A stretch of 64,000 bases of DNA, from positions 53,506,001-53,570,000 of the forward strand of contig OX597821.1 of the NCBI GenBank assembly GCA_951406725.2. The letters run 5' to 3'. This DNA is from Octopus vulgaris. Its lineage: Eukaryota. The translations under genes and the position numbers were made by a program. Below the pieces are notes generated by a model. That model made no database searches. It was not told the origin of the DNA and saw only the letters and a program-made list of their open reading frames with translations. Positions 39,392 to 51,605 of this stretch are shown one piece after another (the first letter of the stretch is position 1; the number at the start of each line of letters is the position of its first letter).

Positions 39392-42300
39392 CTACACACG
39401 TGCGGTTACGCACACACATACTTACGTGCATATACATATAAATATATATGCGTGTGCATATGTTTGCTAGCGTGTGAATATTATGTATTAGTAAATATAT
39501 CTTCGAGTCGGTGTATGTGTGTCTCTTTAGTTGAATAAAAAGTGAATAAGTGTCCTTGTTTGAAACTGAAATTTTACTGTAAAATATTTCATTAAATGTT
39601 GTTCGAGTTGTTATCGAAATTTTAGTTAGCAACAGTTTGCTCATAAAGCTACTCACTTAGAAATTTCAACTTATGTAGTTAAGTTTTATATAAAGTGACA
39701 TCTTAAATTGATACTAATTTCATTGAAACTATTTTGTCGAATTTATCAAATTTGCAAAACTCTTAGCTGCATTTAATTTTCGACAAAAATATTAATAAAA
39801 TATGTCTTTTTTTCACACAAATTGCAACTGACAAGTCTAACCATCTATCTTGAAAGTTATCAATTTGATTCATATGTGAAATCTTGTGAATCATCCTTCC
39901 TGCGTATGAATTAGACTGAATATCACATTTGTCTGTTTATCTGTAAACCGTGATTGCTAGTAAAAATTGCAAGTCGAAATTCTAAACCGATAATATTACT
40001 AAATTTGTAATTTAGGTCAGGTCTTAATTGCGGTTAATTTTGTAGTAGTTCTAGCATCGTTTTGTAAACTTCACCAGATTTATATATTAATTAAACGCAA
40101 GTGTTCTAACTAAGTATGTTTTCAAAACATATTCAATTTTATAAATTTATTTCACAATCAATTGTATCTAATGTTATGTGGAAACGACTGGATGGGTTGT
40201 AGGACATTATTTCCCCCAGAATCAAAGGTGTGGTGACCCAAGAAATATTATTTATTTATTTACAGTTTTAGTCAAAAGGATGTGATACGACACATGATAG
40301 TTACAGGTCATCAGAAACTGATATTGCTAAAGCTTAGTTTTACATATGTAAGTGTATAACAGCAGAAATAGTTAACGTGCGGGGAACGGAACTTCCAGGA
40401 GGTGGTGTCATATTAGAGAGGGAATATTTGAATTAGTTTATTAGTACGTGAATGTAGACAGTCAAAACTTCATAGATGGATTCTTTTCTAAGCTAATTAA
40501 AAGTAGTATATTGAAGGGAAACAAAACATTAACCTCGCGCGTAAGCTAATATATACTGCAATGGGTTGGGGTTAGAGTTACGGTTAGGTTTTGACATTTG
40601 AATTTTTACCTTTATTAGATTGCAACTAAAAAGTAATATTTCCCAAAAGAAATTAAACTGCTGTTAATAGTTTCACTTACGATTTTCTAATATATATTTT
40701 TGCTAGATTTAGAAAATAAATATCATTAATCTCATATTGAAAAATTTCACTACAATAACAACATTCTCAAATAGAGCATTTTGTTATTATTATTATTATT
40801 ATTGTTCGACCGTGGTCGAGACAATGGAATTTACTATGTTACGCCAGACTTCACGGCTGCTGTTGTTGTTATTATTGCTTTGTTGCTGCCACCGTCGACG
40901 TCGTCGTTGTTGTTGTTTTTTGGTGATGGTGTTGTCGCTTTTGTTCATATTCTTATTTCTTTGGTAATGATGACGTATGATAATCGGTTCCAGCCGTGAA
41001 AAATCGAGTCCTTTTGGTTCAGGCTCGCTTTGGTAGAAAATTTAACATTATAATGTCATTTCAGCTTTTGAGCTGTGAGGATGTAATATTTCAGAGTTTG
41101 GCCGTTATTTCTTCGAGGTTACGCGACAACGTACAACTTCACATCATTAACTCGATATGAAGTATGAGTAAATAATTGCTCTAAGTGCAGGATATATCGC
41201 CATAGGCCCACTTAATATTATTACGAGTTGTATTACCCTGAAAAAAAAATCAACTAAATCAACTTATTTCTTGTGCATGATTTAAATGCCCTGTTAATCT
41301 TGGCAGTTCTCCTAAAGTACTATAATATCCGGAAGATACTGAATACAATAATTGTTGAAGTTGCAATTAGACGTGCTTTAAGGAAATTAAATTAAATGTG
41401 AAATAAACTGACTCGATTTGATATCGCTGCTAAAATCAATGGTGCACTTGTTTGTTTGTTTGTTTGTTTTGTTTTTTTTATTGGGTATTCAACTACAGAT
41501 AGTGATTAAATACCTACTAGAAACATTCTCCTGGTTATGGCTTCTCAGGTATATCCTAGATAAAAATAAAGATTGAGTTTATGCATACATGCATATGCAT
41601 ACATAGAAGTATACATATATGCATAGTCATCAGTGTTATGAGTTGACAGATACAAAGTACAACTTGTTTTTAATATTCGACTGACGTGAAGCCATCGGAT
41701 TACAGAGAGAAAATACTCTCTTCGAAAACTAGTTTTTATAATTATATAAGTATATAAGTATTAAAAAAAATAGTAATTAGATACTCCATATTATGTATAA
41801 TGACCTTTTTAACCAGGATTATTTTGAAGTGCAGTGTTTTGTGATTATAACATCCAACATTTTTCACCGAGTTTTCCTTGCATTTGAAATTATTATGTTA
41901 CGTGTTTTATTTCATAGGAAACATAGAACAATAGTTAGTTTTATTTTCGTTCGAGTTCAACACAACCTTGCATGTTAAAGAAATATTTGAAAATTCAGTT
42001 ATCTATTATGCATCGATCGATAAAGTGATATTTATAGCAGTCTATATATAGATTATTCGTGTTCGATCCTAGCAAACTGATTACATCATGCATGCACTAG
42101 TGATACACATTAACAAGAAAATTGTCTTTACTGATGTGGTAGGAGTTTTACTATCATGACAATATTTTTAGATATTTGTGTTTGAAGAATAGCTTTTTGC
42201 CCCAAGTAATATTGTTTGGTACATTTTTCTTCTAGAATGTTTTAAAATTTAATCTATCTTTAGTATTATCCTCCCATAATTTCTTATATAAAAATAAAAC

Positions 42301-44110
42301 ATTTATTAGCAGTAAATAATCTATCCACCCAATGAAAATATACTAATATTTATATCTTTCTTCCAATCCGAATAGATATATATTACAATGAATATTTGGT
42401 CGTGAAAAAAGTTCAAAGACACAAATTATATATATTTATTAAATTATTCAAAAGCAAAATAAATAAATAAATGAATAAAAATATAACACTCGACAATATG
42501 ACTTTCAAAATGTTCAATTGCATGTTATTCTGTTCAAGCCACGAATTTGACTGGCAAAAGAAATAAGACAATCTAAAAGCTTTTTCTATAAGTACCTTTT
42601 AATTTTTACCGAAATATAAAACTTAGGTTTAGCCACAATTCTATTAACCACGAGACTGAATATATTTTAAAAAAGTATGAATATACATTAAGCATAATCA
42701 TGCTTTCTTCTGTAAGAACAAAGCCTGAAATATTGGAGGAAGTAGAGTGCGAAGTAGGTTTGTCTCAGTGCTGAACTAATTTATTTTTTATTATATCAAC
42801 TTTGAATTGATAAAAAGCAAAGTTGACCAAGGCAGTATGTGTGCTCAAAAAGTAACCCAGTTGCCCATTTCCCTAACGATTCTGTTAGCTAGCTGCCTTA
42901 AACATAAAGTACCGATAAAATGCATTTATGTACATGTATCTCATCTGGAAGTTTATTTTTCTCATATTCCCTTTTTTCGTTCGTCTCTCCTTGTATATCG
43001 ATAGTCTGAATTCAACATATTTTCCAGTGGATCACCGGAGAGGTATTTCCGCTATTTAGCCATGATAGTATTTTCTCACTTGTATATAAGGTATTGTGGT
43101 TCGTTTCCCTTATGCGTTCTAATCACTTAATATGAAATAACTATTGGTTTCCTGATGTCGATAGCAAGGTGTCATGGGAATCTGTTTCTCCAACACCTGC
43201 TGAAAGGACACACTCACACAGAAGCATGCTAAAGTTCTGGAGATTTGAATATAAATTAAATACGGATATATTTTCTTCGTATGTATATATTAAAGATGCT
43301 TTTTCCAATTTACTTCACGGAGTTATGTACCATACGGGCAACTGGATTTTAATTAGTTGTTAAGTTCTCACTGAATGTATATCTCGATATACTTCGATTA
43401 GAGTGGTTAAATGGAATGCATGAGGTCCAGGTGTGTGTGTCTGTCCGTTTGCCATACCCACAAATACAACTACAAAAATGTACAGACGCGCGTGCACGCA
43501 CACACATGTACACACACACACACATACAAACATGTGCACACAGTCAAACATTAATATTCTTCTATATAGACAGAATGCTAGCCTTAGTTTTCGTATTAAT
43601 AATGCATGACACCCCTTATAAATATGCATAAGGTATATGAGCGGAACGGACTATTTAGAATTGACACAACTCTCTTTAGCAAATAAAGATATCTGTTGTA
43701 TCTCTATAATCTCCATTATGCATGTGAAGCTTGCTACAGAGAGATTGTTGACTTGTTAGTGACATGGTATCGTTATACATATATAACTGTCTGAAGATTA
43801 TGGCAAATATGCAAATTAGTTGTCTCATATATCAGTTAAGTACTACAATTTGCTTTATAACACCAAAACGATCTCAGGTAATATCTAAGAACAAAATTAA
43901 CGCTACAAATTTTTACGTAGCCTTTGTTTTTCTCACAAGAGAATAAAGGTTTTACATCTTCGTGCGAGACGATAGTAAAAGTCCTTTCTCTCTCGTTTAG
44001 GGCCTGCATCATTAATTTGTTGCCACTAAACAGATTGATATTAAGGAGCACCATATGCTTTCTCCAAGCCATCTATATAAGAAACAAGACTAATATAACG
44101 TAACATATTA

Positions 44111-44311
44111 CGGCGGTGAGTTGGTAGAATGGTTAAATGCTCAGCGGCATTTCGTCTGTCTTTACGTTCTGAGTCCAAATTCCATCGAGATTGACATTAC
44201 CTTTCGTAAATTTCGAGATCGATAAAATAACTACCAGCTGAGTACTGGGATCGATATAATCGACTTACCCCATCCCCCGAACTTAGTAGCCTTGTGTCAA
44301 AATTTGAAACC
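44111..44311 (+). mobile_element. SINE family B
   Basis: TSD aatataaYgtaacata (44092-107/44312-27); tRNA-like head ggcggtgagttggtagaatggtta; B-type tail ccttgtgtcaaaatttgaaacc. Confidence 0.9.
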
Positions 44312-44711
44312 AATATAATGTAACATAGTGGATGATCCCGATTAGAACTCTTTTGATTATTTTGATCGATTAGAGAGCAACAAGGGCTCAAGAATGACGG
44401 CTAGGCTACCATAAGGTGGATATCTCTCAGTAATATAAAAGTATTTTATAATTAATTACCCAGCTTTAAATTTTTTGAAATATAATCCTTACTATATTTT
44501 TGGGGTGTCCATTATACAGTCTGTGCTGATCTTACTTACTTCTTCCTGACATAAGTGTATCTAGTTTCGACTGGTTGTTGCCACTTTACTACGTATTCTT
44601 GTTAATCCCTCTGCGAGAAGTAGCTGAGAGATATGCGTGAAAAAGCCATGAGTAACGAGCTACAATTTTACTCATTTGCACAACAATACATTCACAGGCA
44701 TTGTGTATTCT

Positions 44712-45288
44712 TTTCAACTCGAGGTGCAAGGCCCGAAATTTTGCGGGGAGGGGACTAGTCGATTAGATAAACTCCAGTACGAAACTGGTACGTAATTTAT
44801 TGACCTCGAAATGATTACAGGCAAAATCGACCTCGGCGGAATTTGAACTCAGAACGTAGTGGCAGATGAAATACCTATTTCTTTATTACCCACAAGGGGC
44901 TAAACACAGAGAGGACAAACAAGGACAGACAAACGTTTTAGTCGATTATATCGACCCCAGTGCGTAACCGGTACTTGTTTAATCGACCCCGAAAGGATGA
45001 AAGGCAAAGTCGACCTCGGCGGAATTTGAACTCAGAACGTAGTGGCAGATGAAATACCTATTTCTTTATTACCCACAAGGGGCTAAACACAGAGGGAACA
45101 AACAAGGACATAAATAGGTATTAAGTCGATTACATCGACCCCAGTGCGTAACTGGTACTTAATTTATCGATCCCGAAAGGATGACAGGCAAAGTCGACCT
45201 CGGCGGAATTTGAACTCACAAAGTAACGCAGATGAAATACCGCTAAGCATTTCGCCCTGCGTGCTACCGATTCCGCCAACTCGCCGTC
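44712..45288 (-). mobile_element. Tandem trimeric SINE (head + A unit + A unit + B unit)
   Basis: gatgaaATACC recurs at 44871, 45054 and 45237 (period 183); flanked by aggcattgtgtatt/aggcactatgtatt, an apparent single old TSD. Confidence 0.88.
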
Positions 45289-45914
45289 TAGGCACTATGT
45301 ATTAAATAAGTAAACTATTGACAGAGTACTCTCATGGATTATTAGAAAATCGGTTCACGTGTTTGTAAATGTGTAAGTGTGCGTCAATGTACAACATACA
45401 TACATACATTTATCGTCGTTAAATATAATATAAGTGTAAATGAATGCGTGAATAACGGTGAAACATACCGATTGAATCAAACAGATTGATTGAAAGTGCC
45501 TATCGCATTTCTCTTTAACTTCAACCGTTAGTTCGTAAGTAAGTAATTAAATAAATATAAAATTACGATTATCAAGATTGCTTTCAGAACGCGTAATATG
45601 CACACACCCATATACATCCATATGTAAGTGAATTCTGCATCAGTGTGTTTCCGTATGTTGTAAAATAAAATACTCCACATTTACATAGGCTATATTCTAA
45701 CATCAATCAAGAGATAACTTCTCACTAAATGATGTTCAATTTTCATTGTTTATTGATTAGTCTTCAGTTATTTTCAAAACATGATATGCCTGTGGGTATA
45801 ATTAATTACACATATCATATGCATGCATAAGCATATTCATACATACATACCGATATACATGCACACGGGCGTGCGCACGCATATATACTTGTATGCACGC
45901 GCGCGTGCGCGTCT

Positions 45915-46460
45915 GCCTAGTATCATGGTTTCGGTATCAGTCTGACTGCGTAGCATCTTAGTCAACTGACTTCTACTATAGCACGGGCCGACCAAAGCCT
46001 TGTGAGATTTCATACACGGAAACTGGAGGACGCCCGTCGTTGTATATGTGTATATACCTATGTGTGTGTCCCACACCGCCACTTAACGACCGGTGTTGGT
46101 TTGTTTACTGTCTTTGTAACTTAACAACTCGACAAAAGTTACCGATAGAATAAGTGCCGGATTTTTAGAAAATAAGTATTGTTGCTCATTGTGTTCGAAT
46201 AAACCTGTCAAGGCAATGCACCAGTATGAACAAGGAGGACCTCTCCGTGCTCACGGGTCCGCAGGTGGTCGGGCTGCCCCGATGGAACCGTGACTGGCTC
46301 GCTATCTGCAGTGAACTGGCGCAGGACAGTCGTGCGTGGGCTGCCATGGTTCGAGATGCCTCGAGGATGCTAGAAGAAGCCGACTCAACCCGCCCAGGGT
46401 GGATGTCGCCAGAAGTACAAGTACCAGTATGAACGCAGTCAAAAGTAAAAGATAAAAGGT
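45915..46460 (+). mobile_element. SINE family D, interrupted by an RTE fragment
   Basis: cttctactatagcacgggccgaccaaagccttgtgag...accgatagaataagt...ccagtatgaac[insert]gcagtc...aagtaaaaga. Confidence 0.8.
46232..46422 (+). mobile_element. 5'-truncated RTE-type LINE 3' end (191 bp)
   Basis: Perfect 12-bp TSD accagtatgaac (46220-31/46423-34); translation KEDL...RWNRDWLAICSELAQDSRAWAAMVRD (RTE C-terminal LAQDRxxW motif); (CAAGTA)-like tail; GC-rich. Confidence 0.85.
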
Positions 46461-46859
46461 TAAAAAATGGAAAAGATATTAAGATTCATCAAAACATTCA
46501 ATTCCTTTCCATTTCTCCCAGGTTCAAAACTCTCTGGCTTTAAGGCTAGGTATTAACACAGCTGGGGTTCCTTCACTACTCGATAATTTACAGTGGGATT
46601 CCCTTATTTGAATATTTTAGATTTGTGGGGGTTACCGTGAAATTTAGCTGACCGTCTTTCCGTGTAGATCTAAGGTCAAAGACATTCCAATTGCGGCTAT
46701 TACATCTACTTTCTAGACATTATTGAAATAATTATACACTTGCTATTATGTCTGCGCACTTTTGAAATATAACATGGTTTGAATTGAAAAAACCTTTACA
46801 GATATTTCTAGCTTTTAGAATTACCTGTTGGGGTTCCCTCATTCGTCTGTTGTTTTATT

Positions 46860-46913
46860 CACTGGTTTAGTATAGCATTATAAATTCACTGGTTTCGCAT
46901 AGCATCATAAATC
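46860..46913. repeat. 27-bp tandem duplication
   Basis: cactggtttagtatagcattataaatt / cactggtttcgcatagcatcataaatc. Confidence 0.7.
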
Positions 46914-47044
46914 GTGAAAACTTTCGCTATTGAACATAAAATCTTCTGTTATGTTTGTTGAGAAGAAATGTTTGACAAATGATGCAACTTTATGAGTGTT
47001 AATAAATAACTATTGTGGAAAACTGATTTTATTCGAATAATACC

Positions 47045-47277
47045 TATTTCTTTATTACCCACAAGGGGCTAAACACAGAGGGGACAAACAAGGACAGAAA
47101 TAGGTATTAAGTCGATTACATCGACCCCAGTGCGTAACTGGTACTTAATTTATCGACTCCGAAAAGATGAAAGGCAAAGTCGACCTCGGCGGAATTTGAA
47201 CTCACAACGTAACGCAGACGAAGTACCGCTAAGCATTTCGCCCGCCGTGCTAACGTTTCTGCCAGCTCGCCGCCTTC
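47045..47277 (-). mobile_element. Full-length young SINE family A
   Basis: Perfect 15-bp TSD tattcgaataatacc (47030-44/47278-92); intact head, centre and A-type tail. Confidence 0.95.
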
Positions 47278-47312
47278 TATTCGAATAATACCAGTTACTT
47301 GAGTAGTCTGAT

Positions 47313-47346
<34 letters not shown>

Positions 47347-47809
47347 CTAGGTGACACAAAGAAGTCAACATTCAACAAAATTTTAATTAGTTTCGGTTCG
47401 TTATAAATGATGGATGTAGTATGCTAGAATAGCTAAGCATTTCGTTTTACAAAGATGTTTCAGATTCAATCACACTAGATGTTATTATAGTCAGTTGCTT
47501 TTAACCAGACCCTTCAAACAAACGCAGCCTTCAGAGCTAAATTAGATGCAAGGAAATTATTGAACACCTGTTGAATGGATTGTAGCTTGACACTAAAGTA
47601 TAGCCTTGCCACATATACTGCCGGACTATCAAACACTAACATGTATCATTACAATAAACAACAATAACCATAAACATAAACGTTCACTTTGCAACAATCT
47701 ACTATGCGCTCCTTTCCACTACGCTATTTTCATATATCCTCGGTAGAGTTCCTGTCAATAACTATGTAGGAATCAAAATTGGTAGACGCAACTTATCAAA
47801 CCCAAAAGA

Positions 47810-48110
47810 ATTTATAATTTCATCAAAATCGCTGCATGACATTTGGGGAACACTTTAGTGGTGTAAACTTCGTTTCCATTCATCTGACCACACTTACAGC
47901 CAGAAGATGTCTTTCTCTTAACAGTCTCCGAGCCTTGATCATAGACCCCCACCTCCTCCCTTCTAAGCGATAGAATGAAAGCGGCAACATCGAGAAAATG
48001 GTACACACTTAACAATTAGTGATGTGACTTCACACAAAAACCCACAGCTTCATAACGGAAAGAGATGAACCGGTATATGATCTCTGGTGTTATTTCAAAT
48101 GGGACTAAAA
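47810..48110 (-). pseudogene. Decayed piggyBac transposase C-terminal remnant
   Basis: Minus-strand TPEIIY (cf. KPEIIxxYN), VYHFLDVAAF (cf. VFxxxLDVAxxNA), and CKCG...TTKVFPKC (decayed Cys-rich domain), in the expected order. Confidence 0.45.
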
Positions 48111-51100
48111 TAAGCTTCACTGATTCCTCTTATCCGTCCACGTTGAGGTTGTTAACGCATCTGATTACATTTGCCCAGTGTGCAATAATACCAACATAGA
48201 TTACACTTATTTTTTACATGAATCATACGTTTATATGCCATACTGTATGCTATATAGTACATAAAGTGTACGTATCGTACACGCTATATAATATATAATC
48301 GAGTCCTTCTTTCACTTAAACTTTTCAACCCTACGAAATTTAAAAGATAAATTTTGCGAAGATATTTCTGCGTTTCAATACTTAAATAGTTGGAATGGAA
48401 TAAACGAGGAAATTAAATGCAGTTACACATCATATGATATATGCATAGTGATTTGAACTCATATTTATGCTAAACGGTTCGTATTGCATCTAACGGAACA
48501 AGCTTTAAAACGTGTAAACTGCATTAAATAGCTAAATTACACTTTGGAATCGAAATGAAAATTTATATTTATATCGGAAATATTTCAGAGAGTGAAACCA
48601 CAAAATTATCAATTTAGGATTAAAGGAATTATGACCGAATATTTCCATTAGAGAAAGGTTTTAGTTCTATTGAACTGCAATTTGTGCAGATATAACGATA
48701 TTGTCAGCAACCTACTTCACAGCCAGCATCACAGAAACTCTTGAATGACTTTGATTATCATCTAGGTGTAGAGTTGCAAAATAATTTTCGCTTAATATTT
48801 CGAGATTTGACATAAATCGGAAGCGCGAGATAAAAGCTAGATAAATCTATTATTTATCAATATTTTAGGTGTATTGAAGTGTTGAAAACAGTGTTTATTG
48901 TGGGATTGAACTTTAAACGATTTAATAAATAAAGTATTTAAAGGAATATTTAAAATAAGTATTATTTCCAAAGCATTTGTTTTCTGCACAACATATTTTG
49001 TATTACGATTCCATCAGTTACAGGGCATCGCGATTTTCCATATATGTCTCAGAATTTATGAGTTGAATGTAGATGTTTTAATATATTTTTGAGTAATGAT
49101 AAAATAACATTGTTATAATATAGCATTAAATAGCTAAATTATTTATGTTATATCGCAACATAATAAACTTGAAGCTGCTTTACGAAAATATAAAGCGTCC
49201 AGTGAGTTAATGGAGGAGAAATGGAAAGTTTCATAATGTTTTCTAGATTAATAAAACTGATGGGGAGAGAAAACTGGTTGTCTTGTTCAAATATTTGGCA
49301 GAGAGTGAATTCAGCTGAAATACATTAGAACCGGATTGTGATGTAAAATCTGGTTGTATGTTAAATGCTTTAAACATTAAAACTCAATATATTTATTGTT
49401 CTAAATTCGAACCAGCTCAATGTTGCACCCTTTATGCCTTCACAGTTAAGACTCAATACAGATTTACGCAGTCTAAGGAGAAATATGCTAAATTCATATT
49501 TCTGTTTGTTTAAGTTCTTTCTAACTACAATGTGTTTTACAGTAACGTTAAATCTTTCCATATAATGTTTGTAATGAAGTCGTATGTTTACGGAAAAGAC
49601 AATACACGAAATACAAGGCAAAGACAAAATCATTAAGTTAGTTGTGTTCTGAGTACGACCTCTGATCCTCGAGTATAAAAGAGACACTCGACCCACCAAA
49701 TAATCGGCTGGAGATTGCAGGGGAACAGAAAACTGGCGCATGTTACCAAGATGTACGTAGAGACAGCAAGGTAAAATGAATGGCAACATCTGTAGTTTCT
49801 TGTCATGTGTTCTAACCCTCCTAGAACCTTAGAAACTTCTGTTTTATAAGATTAAATGTAATGTCCCATGGTTGAATCGATTTTCTGAACTCTGCCATAA
49901 AGTCAGTTGACATGATTGGTTATCTAATTTCATAGTCTGCATATAAAATTAAGTATTTGGGAATGTGTTAATTAGATATATGATTAAAATATTTCGCTAC
50001 GTGTTTATGTCATTAATTGTAATATTAATGTATTTCTCACATTTTATTTCATATGTCATTTAGTATGCTTTATATATTATCTTGCATTATTGCACAATAT
50101 GAAAAGAATATGTGCCGTGTCTTTCGAAATCAAAGTCCTCTTAAATTATTCAAATTTTAATTACACAAAGAAGAGAAACTTTACAATGTTATCCGTTTTT
50201 TCATGGAATTTTTCAAATCTAAAAATTTATAATGGCTATTCGAGCGGAAACCTTAATGAAATTCTTGATTGATTTCTAACAAACGCTTTCGTTCCAGGAC
50301 GTTAAATTAATGAAACGAATGCAATGAATTGTTGGAAAACTGTTAAAACAAAAGAATTGTCATTATTTAGTTTCCAGACAGAAGCAATATAAAACAAAGT
50401 AGCTTCGTCTTCTAAATACATTAACATTTTCATAAAAACTAACATAAAACAACACAAAATCGTGTTTGTGAGCCAATTAATATGACGTTAAAAACATCGA
50501 ATTTATGTTGATTATCGAGCCGGACCGAAACTATTTACATTTCCGACTATATCTGCGTTCACTTATTATTGAATCCAATCAAATAAAATCCCGTAAACGC
50601 AGAACACGAATGAAAAGGATTATCAATCATATTTCAACTAAATTAATATTTTGTAGCTTAAAACGTAACAAACAAATATACTGATTATTTTTGATCAGCT
50701 TTTACATTATTAGTCATATATCCTAATATTAATATCACTATATTCAAAATATTTCACTTTTCCATAAAAATACATACTAATAGAGTTCATTATATTATAG
50801 ATATTATAGACTATATAAAGTGATTTATTACAAATATATCTATAGAATATCGTTTTATATACAATAATACGTCATTCAGTCAACACTGAAAATTGTTGCT
50901 GTAAGTGTCATTAGTGGATCTCAGAACATTAAGTAATACACCAAGTGTTAGCGGTGGTTTATATTTGACTGTTATTTCGTGCATTGATACAATGTGTTAT
51001 TCTTTTGTGAGTCAACCCACCTCGTATTATAAACTGCATTGCAGCAAAGAACAGTGAACGATAGCAGTTTTCATTCAGTGGCACAACCATTGTTAGAGAC

Positions 51101-51537
51101 AATGATCCTTAGGAAGAGTTTATCACTTACATCTGGTACTGTGTAATCTACTAAACTAGACTTTATGTTCACAAAATGTATAGTTTGGCTGAGTGTTTAG
51201 GAAATTCTCTTCATACTATGAGGTCTCAAATGTGATTCCACTGCGGATCACATCTGACTAGTGCCCTTCACCATAGTTTCGGAAGGAACAAAACATAGTG
51301 AAATTGTTTAGAAACCCGTTGATTAGACTGTGGTGGTAGCCCAAAAATGTAGCCTTATTCTGTTTGTCACAAATGTATCACGACTGTTCTACTTGACAAT
51401 TACATTAAGGATACAAGTATCAATGAAATAATAATTCAATGAGCAGGTGATTGAGGTGATCGGACAACTGGAAGAACATACCGCTGAAACTGATGTAATA
51501 GACATACATATATAACTACATGGATACATACATAAAA

Positions 51538-51605
<68 letters not shown>

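Noticed and set aside
44712-45288. Regular repeats as a CRISPR-like array
   Set aside because: Units are whole 183-bp SINE bodies with no unique spacers; eukaryotic context and no cas genes.
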